Positions 17,901 through 43,900 of a stretch of 64,000 nt of DNA are shown here, piece after piece (positions within the stretch are counted from its first letter, which is position 1; each line of letters opens with the position of its first letter). Location: the NCBI GenBank assembly GCA_965203295.1, contig CBDBCZ010000019.1:1-64000 (forward strand), given 5' to 3'. The notes under the pieces were generated by a model. That model was not told the origin of the DNA, ran no database searches, and saw nothing but the letters and a program-made list of their open reading frames with translations. The position numbers were made by a program, and so were the translations under genes. Source of the DNA: Nitrospirales bacterium (GTDB taxonomy: Bacteria > Nitrospirota > Nitrospiria > Nitrospirales > UBA8639).

Positions 17901-19560
17901 CGCAAGGGTCATGGGTCTGGGTTCGAATCGGCGGGCCCGAATCAGCAAATAGCTTGAATCTGGTCTCCAACAGGGTTCCTGTAAGCCTCTGGTGTCCTGT
18001 ATTCACAGTGCCTACCAACTCTCCCGCTATTATAGGTATGTCTCCTGTGTTCTTGGGTGCCCTTACGAACACGATGTATCACCAAAGGCGGTCGCCGACG
18101 TAGCCGTGAAACTGAAGAATCTGGGCTGCTATGAGATATCCCTTGGTGACACGATAGGTGTGGGAACTCCTGGTAGGCGGGGTTACGCATACACATGTAT
18201 GTAATAATGATGTCACAGTGTAGTCACATGATGTCACATGATCCTTTCTAGACTCCATGGCAATGATGCTAAAGGAAGTGATGTCACGTTTACCGGTATC
18301 TTGTCTGGCTGTACACTGCCATGACACTCATCGAAGAGCTCTCGACAACATCAAGGTTGCTCTGCAGGTATGGTACGTCAGAGTTTCATACAGGTTTTGT
18401 TTTGCTGGGGGGGGGGGACTCAGAATAGCAAACGTCCTTGTAGGGGGGTCTGTCTCCCCAGAAATTTCTGCTCTGAGATTAAATGTGGTGGGTTTTGGCA
18501 GTTTAGCTGACTAGCCCAAGTTTGTGCTCAAATTGGTAGAATTTCAACTGTAACATACGTTCAACCTGGATGCTTACTGTGTGTTATTATGTGACAGTAT
18601 ACTGTACCTTCCAACTGCCATTATACCCTATTTAAATGCAATTATGACATCTGATTCATAACTTTGTGGGGAGGGAGGGGAGAATCCCAGTATGAAACAA
18701 TTTTGACGTGAAAATTGGGGGAAATCACCCCCCCCCCTGCATGAAACATTGATACTAGCAAGTGGTGGATACTAGCCTCGTACCCAGACCTTCAGATATT
18801 TTAGCGGTATAGGTCTGGGTACGAGGCTAGTGGATATAGGAATATGATCAATAGTGAGATCATGTGGCTAAAACCTGTCTCCTTCAGATGGGTGTGTCAG
18901 TAGTGGACGCCTCCGTGTCTGGGCTAGGGGGCTGTCCCTTCGCCCCGGGGGCATCGGGAAACGTGGCCACTGAGGACGTGGTGTTCATGCTGAGCCAAAT
19001 GGGGATTGAGACCGTGAGTTGCTGGCTTGTTTGTGAGTGATGATAGCCTCTCGTTGCTGGACCCCGGTTGGCCATGATGATAATCAAGCTATCTGAAAGA
19101 GTATAGAAATCCCGGAAAGAAAAAAAACGGGACCCAGCTGGGGATTGAACCCAGGACCCTCTGAATACTAGTCAGATGCTCTTATCACTGAGCTACTGGA
19201 ACCCCTTGGCAGAGGAGCATTAGGCAAGCTTAATATAGCCACTAAACCAGCTAGTAGCACTTGCCAGTAGGACCCAGCCAATTCCAACTGTAATTACTCT
19301 CTCATTAGGCCTCTCCCCCCATCTCCTAAACACGATAACGTACTACACACGTCAGAGCTAATAGTCTATTAGGCTCGTTCCCAGAGCAACAAATTTTCAC
19401 AGAGGTTGTGTGATAGGCTTGTGGTACATGCGTTTGTTCCTCCTCCATGCAGGGAGTTGACCTCGACAAGCTGCTGGACGTCGGTTCCTACATCTCAGGA
19501 ATCTTAGAGAGGACACCAGGGTCGAGGGTAGCACGAGGCGAGATGAGATCCAAACTGTGA
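14929..19560 (+). CDS. HMGCL: 3-hydroxy-3-methylglutaryl-CoA lyase, 324 aa. Exons 14929..14979, 15367..15450, 15879..15986, 16547..16642, 16968..17026, 17417..17506, 18036..18172, 18252..18367, 18888..19013, 19453..19560.
   Basis: Motifs [63 protein letters not shown] and [20 protein letters not shown]. Arg-rich N-terminal presequence and C-terminal SKL. 975 nt in frame. Confidence 0.95.
16658..16838. mobile_element. Short MITE with CCGTA-type terminal inverted repeats in an HMGCL intron
   Basis: ccgtaagactggtttttaattgcg pairs with cacaattaaaaccggtcctatgg. Confidence 0.55.
17727..17905 (+). repeat. Interstitial telomere-like (TTAGGG)-variant repeat
   Basis: Alternating ttaggg, caaggg, ctaggg and ttagga hexamers. 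A shorter tract lies at about 37368..37422. Confidence 0.75.
18773..18829. mobile_element. Minimal hairpin MITE (TAGCC...GGCTA)
   Basis: tagcctcgtacccagacc-loop-ggtctgggtacgaggcta forms a perfect 18-bp stem. Flanks are gtggatac and gtggatat. Confidence 0.65.
19130..19202 (-). mobile_element. tRNA-Thr(AGT)-like cloverleaf, probably a tRNA-derived SINE or tRNA pseudogene
   Basis: Minus strand: GTTCCAG TA GCTC AGTGATAA GAGC A TCTGA CTAGTAT TCAGA GGGTC CTGGG TTCAATC CCCAG CTGGGTC C, then a T-run. D-loop GG is replaced by GA and the acceptor stem has a T-T mismatch. A truncated copy with the same 3' flank lies at about 36880..36929. Confidence 0.7.
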
Positions 19561-19572
19561 ATAAACACGTTG

Positions 19573-19922
19573 CATGCATTTGGCAGGTCCCGTTATGTAT
19601 GTAATATGTAATATTGCAGCTTTTTTAACAATTGACTACATTGTACAATTTACACAGAACTTTACAAATTGTGTCCTCAGTATCTATACATAACTATTTG
19701 ACATACCGTGGCACATTGCACACTAATGAGAAAGCAACGTTAACTGTACATGCATTTGGCAGGTCCCGTTATGTATGTAATATGTAATACTGCAGCTGTT
19801 TTAACAATTGACTACATAGTATACAATTTACACAAAACTTTACAAATTGTGTACTCAGTATCTATACATAACTATTTGACATACCATGGTACATTGCACA
19901 CTGAGACAGCAAACTGTACATG
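19573..19922 (+). repeat. Tandem duplication (about 176 bp x2) in the HMGCL/TRIM convergent 3' region
   Basis: tgcatttggcaggtcccgttatgtatgtaatatgtaata...cattgcacact occurs at about 19575 and about 19751. Confidence 0.85.
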
Positions 19923-20003
19923 TTATATAAATATACACACACACAAAAAAACTCAATTATAAAACACTATTTTTATAACACTTCATAGCAGTTTACTATC
20001 ACA

Positions 20004-22880
20004 TCAAGAAATACGAAAAGTCTGCAGACGTCCGTTTCCACAATCGGTCACGATGACCTGCGAATCTCTGAAAACAGCGATACTCATCGGGTTTCGGAAC
20101 TGCGCAGGCCCACTGCCCTTCTCGCCGAACGAATCGATATACTTGCCGTTCCTCGAGAATATCGATACTCGCTGGTTCTGCAGCTCTGTGATGAGTAGAT
20201 AGCCAGTCTGCGGATGAACTAGAATGCCAATCGGCTCTCCGATCTGCCCCTTCAGCCCTCCCTTCTCTCCGAATATCTTCACCGAGACGTACGCGCCGTC
20301 TTCCATCTTCTCAAAGCACTGGACTCTGTGCCCCTGGCGCTCGGTGACAAAGATCAGCTCTCGGCTTCCCTCCCCCTGGACCTGGGGCTGTCTGTAGATG
20401 GATATGCCGTAGGGATCGTTCAGCAGGTTCTCCCCGTGCCCCCACTGTCCGATGATCCCCAGGAAAGTACCGTCAGGTTTGAAGAACTGGATCCTCTGAT
20501 TCAGGGAGTCGGTCGCGAATACCGTCCCTTTCGAGTTGACCGTCACGCACGAAGGACCGTGAAATTGCCCGTTCTCGCCTCCTGGCTTCCCTGCCTCGTT
20601 TCTGCCAAAGAATCGCACAAACTGTCCCTCGAGCGTCACCTCCTGTAGCCTGTGGTTGGCCTTCTCGGCTACAATGACGTGGTTGGCCGGAGTGCTGGTC
20701 AAGCCTCGCGGGGACTTGAATTCCAACTCTCCCGTCCCTTCCCTGCCGATCGTTCGCAAGAGGTTTCCCTCTTTGTTGAAAACCAGCAAGCAGTTTGTCT
20801 CGACGTCGGACACCACGACTTTCTCTTCCTTGCTTACGGCTATTCCCCACGGGTTTTTCATTTTCTCGCCGGCTTCTTCCTTTCGGATGACGTGGGTCGC
20901 TGCCGTGATGTTCCGACGATGAGGTGGGGAGACGGTGATGTGAAAAGGCTCCTCTCGGATGGGAACGGCTTTGTCACCGATGACCGCCGAGATCATGATT
21001 TGGTGGGGACCGTGCGTCTGTGGCTCGATGGTGACAGTGTACGTGCCGTTCTGGTTATTCACGACCCGGCAATGTACGGGGTCTTTCCCTCCCTCCGATC
21101 GGATCTCGGCTTTGATTTCGTGTCGGTGATCCGTGAGAGAATTACCGATGATGTCACGGCAGGTCACTTGGAAGGTGGCCTCCTTTCGTTCGGTGAAGTG
21201 CTGATTCTCGATGTCGTCTGCCGTGAAGGCCGTAGGATCGGGATTTGAGAAAACGGCACCGATGGTGTTGGACTCTCGGATCCGCTTTTCGAGATCGTCG
21301 TTCTTCTGGAAGTTGATGATGTCGTTGTCTCTCGGCTCGCGGGGGTATGGTCCGTACGTCGCGCAGAGCTCCTCCAGCCGATCGTTGATCTGCTTCCAGA
21401 GAAAGAGGAACTCCACGGGGATGCAGTTTTCGCGGACGTCTCGAGAGAACTTTACACTCGTCTGCAGCGTCTCTTTCATTCGGCCCAGCTCGGCCAGCTG
21501 TGCGTCAAGACGGGCTTTTTTCTTGTCTGCGATTGACTCGACCTTTCGTAGGAGCGCAGCCCTCTGCTGGTCCAGCTCTGCTTTGATCTGGCTAAAGTGC
21601 CGCTGTACGTCTTCTTTGGCGGATCGCTTACTGTCTTCCAGGCTGGTGTTGGTGCTGGTAACGGTTTTGATCGCCTGCTCGAATTGGTGCTGTATGTCCT
21701 CTGTCTGTCTGGTCAGTTCTTCTATCTTTCCCTTGTATTCGTCGACAGTGTCATCGGCAAGGACATAGTCGTGCGGTTTGTGAGTGGAAACTACGCAGCG
21801 AAAGCAAATGATCTCATTGCAGGATTTGCAATAGATTTCGACTTTGTCATCTGTGTGCTTTACGCATTTCCACGGTTTGTGACTCACGCCTGAAAATTCA
21901 GCCTCGCTAGGCACGCTACCCTTCACGTTAAGGCCTGTTTCAGCCGAAGGGCCTTCCATGGCAACCTCCATCGAAGCGTGAGAGCTAGTGCTGAGAGATA
22001 CTATTCGATGTTCCCTCGTCCGTGTCACCTTCCTGTGGTGTTGGTCACAGTCGGAACAGAGGTGTACGTTACACTCGCCACAAAAGGAGATAGCGCTGTC
22101 TTTGCATTCGGAGCACAGGCTTATTTTAGGTGTCGGCTCTGGCTCGGAACTCGAGCTATCTTGGCCGCTGCTGCTACTAGTGCCTGCACCCGTGACCGTA
22201 TCCTCCAGCACGAGGTGGCTCACTAGGTTCTGAAAGGGGAAGTTCGTTTTGAGACCGTTGATCCCCTCGGGGGGTAACTGGATGGGGGTTTGGGGATTGT
22301 GGCAGAGAGGACACACCAGGATGTCTCGCTTGTCGCCTCCCGGCCTCTCGTCGTCCAGGGGGCGCTTCTGGACATGCGAATCGAGACATTTCCTGCAAAA
22401 CGAATGCAGGCAGGGCAGAATCTGGAGAGAAAGAAATTGAAAGAATATAACCGAGGGTAACAATTAATCCTATAACAACTAGTTATACGGGTAGGCAATG
22501 CAGGCAACATTTCTCCAAAAAAAAAAAGGGATAAAAAAACAAAAAAAAACAACAAAAAAAACAAACAAAACAAAACAACAAAACTATACAATACAAACAA
22601 ATAAACAAAGCAAAAATAAACTATGGGGTTATTACTTTAGGTGATTACACACGAGCATGGATACAAAGTATGCTCGCTTGAAAGTTGAAACATTGATCTA
22701 GGCACAACCTAACCGACACTAGATTTACAAAGCGTTACCTAGCTACTGAAGATTATTACCGTAGATAATATGAGCTATATTATCTATGATTATTACCTTT
22801 GGATCCTCAAAGAGATTCTTGCAAATACAACATGTCAGCTCCTCTCGAATCTTGCTCAGGGCGGTGTTTCCAGAGGCCAT
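20004..22880 (-). CDS. TRIM-NHL E3 ligase (RING, two B-boxes, coiled coil, filamin, NHL; TRIM2/3/71-like), copy A, 833 aa. Exons 22880..22797 and 22421..20004.
   Basis: MASGNTALSKIREELTCCICKNLFEDPK|ILPCLHSFCRKCL...CPLC (RING); CSEC...CGECNVHLCSDCDQHH (B-box 1); CVKH...YCKSCNEIICFRCVVSTHKPH (B-box 2); NQNGTYTVTIEPQTHGPHQI (filamin); PWGIAV, PRGL, PSCV, PYGI, PIGI, PMSI (NHL repeats). Confidence 0.92.
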
Positions 22881-23520
22881 GTTGATTGAAAGAACAGCTG
22901 GCAGTGGCGGGGAATCCCAAGGTAAAGTCCCGCTCGTAGGTCGCGCGACCTGTCAGCAAATTGTATTCATTTTCAATTGCAGAATGTATTAATATTCCTT
23001 GAATGAATGACTATATATAGCTGTGCTTATCTGCAAGCGTATTATAGCAATTTGGGAAAGACCAATGGACTGGCTTTCATGCATGTAGGAATAATGCTAA
23101 CTCAATAAAATATATATGCATGGTTGATTTTCACGGACTTCTTCATGCAGTTTAATTCCTTAAGAATATATACTTTTTACAGCATGGGGACAAAAAGGAA
23201 GGCACTTGTAGCTCTAAGCATTAATTATAGCATCAAACAAATTCCCCCTCTAATCCATGACTGAAAAAATGATGTTCCTTAATGTCCATGCACCTTCTGT
23301 ACTGTTGGTTCATTCGTTCGTTTGGTGGTTTAAATTTCTCGATAGTATTATACTGAAATCCACACATACATGTACTACAAAATTCAAAGGTACTTTCAAA
23401 TACAAAGCAATGGTAAAATTAAATCCACACCTCTACACAAAATCCAAAAGAAATTGCAAACACTAGCAGTAGTACTGTACTGAATTCAATGCAAGAGTTC
23501 AGCTATAAACAAGGCATGAA

Positions 23521-26374
23521 CTATATGATACAAAAAGTCTTTAGACGTCCATTTCCACAGTCTGTTACGATAATGGACGATTTTCCAAGAGCAGCAATAC
23601 TCATTGGGTTGTGAAAGTGTGCGGCACCAGTATCGCTCCCTCGCTCACCAAACGAATAGATGTGCTCCCCGCTCCTTGAGAATATTGATATTCGCTGGTT
23701 TTGAAACTCTGCGACAACTACGTAGCCACTCCTCTGATCAGCTAGAATTCCAACAGGCTGTACCAGTGGTCCTTTAACCACTCCACTCTCTCCGAATGTC
23801 TTCACTGATACGTACATGCCACCTTTTTTCTCAAAGCATCGGATTCGGTTTTCACTACGCTCTGTGACAAAGATCAACTCTCTTTCCCCTCCCTGAAGCT
23901 GGGACTGTCGGTATATAGAAATGCCGTAGGGATCTTTTAGCACTTCTTGTCCCAACTTTCTGATTATTCCCAAAAATTCACCATTCGGTTTGAAGTACTG
24001 GATTCGATCGTTCTGGGAGTCGGTTGCAAACACAATGCCTTTGGAGTTGACAGCTACGCACGAAGGACCGTTAAACTGGCCTTTCTCGCTTCCGGGTTTT
24101 CCTGCTTCACTTGTGCCGAAGAATCGCACAAACACGCCTCCTAGTGTCACTTCCTGAAGCCGATGGTTCCCTTTCTCAGCCACGATGATGCTATCATCAG
24201 GGGTACAGGCCAGACCACGAGGAGATTTGAATTCCACTTTTCCTACCCCATTCTTGCCGATTTTTCGTGAGTAGATCCCCTCTTTGCTGAAAACCAGCAG
24301 GCAATTCATGTCAACATCGGACACCACAATTTCCTCCTTGATCACAGCTATTCCCCACGGATTCCTCATCTTTTTTTCGCTGGCTGCCTCTTTTCCGAAG
24401 ACATGGGTAGGGGCCGTGATGTTGCAACGATGAGCCGGAGAGACAGCAATACGGAGTGGCCCAATGGGGTACGTTTTGTCCCCGATCACCACAGACACTG
24501 CAATTTGATGTAGGCCGTGCGTTTGAGGATTGACGGTGACCGAAAACGTTCCATTTTGGTTGTTGACAACTTGGCATTGAGCGGTGGTACCCCCCTTCTC
24601 TGCTTGGATCTCGGCTTTGACTGTGAGCTGGTGTTCGGAGAGCGTATTGCCAGCGATATCACGGCAAGTGACGGTGAAAGTCGTCTTCTTTTTCTCAACA
24701 AAGTGCTGGTTTTCGATACCATCCACAGTGAACCTTTGTGGGTCGGGGTTTGCAACAACTGTGCCCAGAGCATCAGGCTTTCTGACTTTCGCCTCGAGGT
24801 CTTCCCCTCGGTGAAAATTCATGGTGCTCTCTTCCTTCGGCTCACACGGACGAGATCCGTAGGTAGCGCAGAGCTCTTCGAGTCGATCACTCATCTGCTT
24901 CCAGAGAAAGAGGAACTCCACGGGGATGCAGTTCTCGGTGATGTCTTCCGAGAATTTCACACTCATCTGCAGCGTCTCCCCGATTCTGCCCAACTCGGCG
25001 AGCTGTTCATCCAGACGCTCTTTCTTCCTGTCTGCTATTTCTTTGATCTTTTTCTGGAGCACATCCCTCTGCTTTTCGAGCTCGATTTTGATTCGGTCGC
25101 AGTGTAGCTGCACCTCCTCAATAGTGGACTTCTCCTTGGCTTCCAGGTTTGTCCTGGCACTGTGGAGTTTGCCGATTGCCTGCTTAAACCTCGCCTGCAC
25201 AGCTAGAGTCTGGCGACTCGTCTTGGCGATCTTTCCCTTATATTCGTCCACTACTTCGGTAGCCGGTGCGTAATCGTGTCTCCGGTGGTGAGCAACCATA
25301 CAACGAAGGCAAATGACTTTGTCACAATCTTTGCAGTACAGTTCGACATCATCATTCGGATGCTCCTCACATTTCCACGCCCGATCTTGACTCATACCCG
25401 AAAGCTCGACATCGCTGGGAAGACTACTCTCCACTTCCGCCCCTTCAACTGCTTGTCCTTCCATCACAATCTCGAGTGATTTTGAAGCCTGGGTACTAAG
25501 TGATATCAACTGGTGTTCCCGTGTCAGAGGCACCCTTTTGTGGTCCCGTTCGCAGAGGGGGCATAGATGCAGGTGGCATGTGATGCAGATGGAAACTGCT
25601 TTCTCATCAGAATCGCATCTAGTGCAGGGAACGGCTTTGGGTGCAGGTTTCTGTTGGGAACTCGAGCTGCCGTGGGCACACACCATATCCTCCATTTTTA
25701 GATGGTTCACGAGGTTTTTGAACGGGAAATTCGTTTTGAGACCTCGGACTCCCTCGGAAGGCAGCAGGATGGGGGCTGTGTGGTCATTGCACAGGGAACA
25801 GACCAGCCTATCTTTTCTATTTCCTTCCGGGTTTTCATCATCGTACGGCTTTTTGTGAACTTGTGAGTCGAGACAGTTTGCGCAGAACGAGTGCAGACAT
25901 GGAAGAAGCTGAAGAAATAATGAAGAGATAGAATCAAGAAAAAAGCATGGTGGATCAAATGATACCGATAAACACAGAATCGGATTAACGTCATGTAGGC
26001 AATAAAGCTAGATTTCGTGCACTACAGAGGTTTGCAAGTCGGTTGTCCACAGGAGAGGGCAAATAGGCAGTGGTTCTCAAGTACTTATTAAGGTTAGGCT
26101 GTCAGAATCAAAGGCTAACATTTCTACTCTCAACTTCCATTTGCCCATTGCACTGGACAACCAACTAGCCTCGTACCAACCTGCAAACCTCTACACAAGT
26201 AAATCCCTCAGCACGTACTAATGAGCGGACGAGTAGGCTTTGAAGTCCCACTTGCACAAATTTATAGATCTTGAGACAAGCTAGGTCTACCTTTGGTTCC
26301 TCGAAGAGGTTGTGGCAAATTGAGCATGTCAGTTCCTCCCGAATCCTGCCCAGGGCTGTGCTGCCGGAGGCCAT
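23521..26374 (-). CDS. TRIM-NHL E3 ligase, copy B, 823 aa. Exons 26374..26291 and 25908..23521.
   Basis: MASGSTALGRIREELTCSICHNLFEEPK|LLPCLHSFCANCL...CSLC. Same domain order and the same phase-0 intron position as copy A. Confidence 0.92.
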
Positions 26375-26987
26375 GCTTTGCACAGCATGCAAGGGGCGCT
26401 TTCAAGGGGGAAAGACCGAGGGAAGTCCCGAGTTGGCTATTGGGGGTGTGGCTGAGACAGCGGTACAGGTCAAAGTACATCCGGGAGCGCGCGCATGCGG
26501 CTTCCCTGAGCTGCTCTGAGTATCCCATTCAGATTCCGACTCAGTTTAGTAGAAATTCGACTACAGCTAATGTAGTCTTCATAAGCGTCAGTAACTGAAA
26601 GAACTTCTGCTGAACTGAAATCTACTAGCCAACCAATAGAATTACTTAATAGTCACCCCTACGTAACTGTATTCTTTCTGGTTTCCATGCACATTAATTT
26701 TCCTCCACTGCTCTTCTATCATTCCGGTATACATAGTGCACGCTATTGACTATCCAGTGCATATATAAAATTATTATTGAGTATATTGTAATTTTGTGTA
26801 TAACTGTAGCTCTGGTATTGCTGTTTTGCATCAATTATTACTCTGTTGTTAAGCTGTATCTGCACGCTTTGCATCAGCAACTCTCAAACTCGTAAAAAAA
26901 AATCAAAACCGTGCCACAGAAAAAAAACTGAATAAGTTTGTCAAGATAATCAATTATCATATTTCTCAATCTACTGACTGGCTATGG

Positions 26988-33816
<6,829 letters not shown>

Positions 33817-34024
33817 CACGCAACAATGCAGAGCTGCGACCACATTCCGTGCAAGCACGCACGGAACGGATTCGTTTACTATTCTAATTTTGCGAACAAG
33901 CCATGCATTATGTAAAATTGAAATACATTTAACCGATCGATCGCTTCGGCTTCTATTACACACGCACAGTGCTAGTCAGAATAGTATAGCATGGAGAGCA
34001 CAGTGCTAGTCAGTATAGTATAGC

Positions 34025-40513
<6,489 letters not shown>

Positions 40514-40977
40514 CAGGTGTTAACATGATTTGTAAGAAATGCGTCTTTTTTTTTTCCTGTTCAAGGATATTATATAACAATATTCCAGTAGTCATACAGT
40601 CCAAGAAGAAAAAACTAAATACATTCACAGGTAGTTATATACTGTGGACTCTATATCTAGCTACATATAGAAACAAAACAGAAATGCATGGCTCCAATCA
40701 TGTTACTAGTGTGTGCATGCATGGTTATACATACTCAAAGCATCAATACTTAGCTCATAAATTAACTTGCTATAATAAATCCACTATACATGTAGGCTTA
40801 CAATGTTTGTTTCTTTAATATAATATATAGCGAACAATGTTCATAACATCTGTAGAAAGAAGTAGAATATATTCAATTTGAATTGTCTTTCTGGTGGCAA
40901 CGATTATTATTACTGTAAGCGACATCAACGTAATTATAGTCATGATATAGTGGGACTTACTTTGCAGTAACTGGTCT

Positions 40978-43900
40978 TCAGGCCATAATGGGCGAGTTTT
41001 CGGCAGTGAAGGATGTGGTGAGGCAGTTTAGTGGGTATACGGTCTCTTTACAAGTCTCCGTCGGTATTTTCACCCACGACTGCAGTGCAATGCTGTTTGG
41101 ATGATGTGCCTCAGGTACAGAGCCGGGAGGTGCACCCTTTCGACCGATAATGGCCCACGCATCGCGGCGGTCGACAGCTCGGATACTAACGCTGCCGATG
41201 CTTATTAGAGCCTGTATGGCATTCTCTGTCAGACGATCTGTTGCTGAATCCCAAATGGTGGCGGCAATGATCTTACCCCTGGGAGCTTCCCGAATCAAGG
41301 TGGCAAGCTGGTCTGCTTCTTCGGTGCTATCGTGCGTGTCAAAAGATTTGACTACTTCCAAACTGCAGGTTGATTCGTCGATAATAGCAATTGTAATGCC
41401 ACGGAATTCTTCTCCATCCAGAACTTTGAGTCCATTGATTGTGATTTCAGTGTGCAAACCCTTTTGCAATCCAGCAGAAATAACTGTAATATCGCAGGTA
41501 TAGGCGCTTCTATCCGCTGGAAACCATGCGTTAGCTTGAACGTCTGCCGTATTGCTACCCGTTTCCGCAACAGTACCTTTGGGAGCGCCTTTTCTCCCGA
41601 TGATGGCCCACGATCCTCGATGCTCAATCTGGCGGATTAGACTGCTTCCGATGTCTTCACAAGCTTTCATAGCAGGTTCTGTAAGTGAATTAGTCGCCGC
41701 ATCTTTCATGGCAATGACTACAATTCTGCCGTTGGGGAGAGCATTCACAAGGTTGGTAAACGTCTCAGAGTGGGCAGTAGAGGCGTGTGTATCGAATGAA
41801 TCGCAGTGAAGTACGGCGCCACTGTTTTCATCAATAGTAATCACGTTGAGTCCACGGTCATTTCCTGAATCTGCGAGCTCTACAGCTGCCCCATCCACCG
41901 ATATTTCCCAGAAGTTTCCATGCGAATATCCGGCCGACTTTGCAATAATATTCCATCCGTTACCCACTGTCAACTTTTGGACTGCCCTCAATGCAGTACT
42001 GCTTGCGTGTTGTACTTCAGGTACTGATCCTGGAGCAGCACCCTTGCGTCCAATGATACCCCACGCCTCGCGGTATCCGACGTTTCTAATCAAAGCACTC
42101 CCGATACTTTCCAAAGCTAGTTTAGCGTTTTCAGTTAGTGTTGCTTCACTTGCTTCATCCCAAATCACAGCAGCCACGATTCTTCCTACTGGTGCCGTGT
42201 GGATTAGGCTAGCCAAGTCATTTGCTCTACCTGCATGGGTATCAACAGTTGCCTCTTTTTCAAACCTGCAAGTCTCTTCTTCAACAACAGCAACTGAAAT
42301 TCCACGCGACTTTTTCACTTTTAAAATCTCATTTATACTGATATCGGTGCTTATTCCTTTCCTATATCCAGACGAACTGACGCTAATGCTACAGGAGTTC
42401 GGATTATCGGAAGAGTCTAACGGCAACCAGAAAGTCGACTTAACAGCTTTACTGTTACTACCAGCTTCTGCTGCACTGCCAATGGAACCTCCCTTTGTTC
42501 CAATTATTGCCCAAGAGCCACCGTGTTCCACCTTTTGAATTAGTGTACTACCGATACTTGTACATGCTTGCTTGGCAGATTCTGTAAGCGCACTGATGGC
42601 CTCATCCTTCATGGCAATAGCTACCACTCTTCCCTCAGGAAGAGAATCAATGAAACTAGCAAACGTATCGGCCGGGCGAATATTGGCAACATAGTCGGTG
42701 TGCGTATCGTATATTTCTCTATGGAGGATATTACCGTTGCTTTCATCCAGCACCACAACGTTCAATCCACGACTGTAATCCATTTCAACTGCTTCTCCCT
42801 CAACGCTTATCTCTGCATAGTTCCCAAACGAAGTTCCAGCCGACTTTGCTACGATCGGTATCCCGTACTTCCTCCCTTGCCGCAGTTTATACTGAGTAGA
42901 CAGTTCTACACAAGAGTCGGTGTCAAGTCTCTCTATGGCCGTGCCTGGAACAGTCCCCTTGATGCCTATCAAAGCCCAGGAGTCCCCATCACCTAGTTTA
43001 TCAATCTTTAGCGAGCCGAGGGTCCTAATCGCTCGTTTTGCTCTGCTGTTGAGCGACTGCGATGCCCTACCACTCGCAGAGACCAATACGATTCTACCGC
43101 TGGGGGTATTCTCAATGGTAGCTGCAAGATTTGTAGCTTCCTGTGCAGAAGAATGGGTATCGAAACTACCCGTGTGAAGAGTTTGTCCCGATATTTCATC
43201 CAAGATGGCTACGTTCAGACCTTGCAATCTTCCAGCAAAAAATTCTTTAAAATTTCTTTTCATGGCGAATTTATTCCCAGCATCAATCCCAGCACTCTCC
43301 ACATCCAGCTGAATGACTGAAAATGCTGCTATGCCATTCAAGTACAGTCTGCAGTCTGAAGGTGGGAAATGGTGTTGTTTGAGTATGGAACCACACCCCT
43401 GAAATACGGACACTTCTGTATTAAGGACACTTTGTCATGTCCCAAATATGCTTTCTTAATACAAATTTACCCCGGCAATGAGGTCACCTCTCTATACAGG
43501 ACACTTCACCAGGTCCCCAAGGTGTCCACAATAGAAAGGTTCCACTGTATTTATTTGTTGTAAACCCACCTTTTTTGTCAGCCGTTGCTGATTCACTGTT
43601 TGTTGCATCGTAGCTGATGTAGGTAGCACTAAATCCAGGAGCAGTAGCGGTACCGTCAGTTTCCATCACCAGCGTCAAAGTTGTACCAGTTGACACATAG
43701 CCACAGTCAACATGCTCATAATTGCCTGCAGTGTGAGATATATAAATGCTCTTGATCATGACATCTTGCAACAAGGGTGTCTGGGACAAAGAAGTCCAGA
43801 ATTAATTGACTGCTAATAAACAACTACTAAAAAACGAAGTTAAAAATTATGGGATTGAGGGGGAGTCTCTTTATAGCATGTTATTTATTATCTCATTGTT

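Noticed and set aside
20328..25858. Long antisense ORFs over the TRIM genes (also over CXXC1 and the subtilases)
   Set aside because: They are shadows of GC-rich coding exons, with no recognisable motifs.
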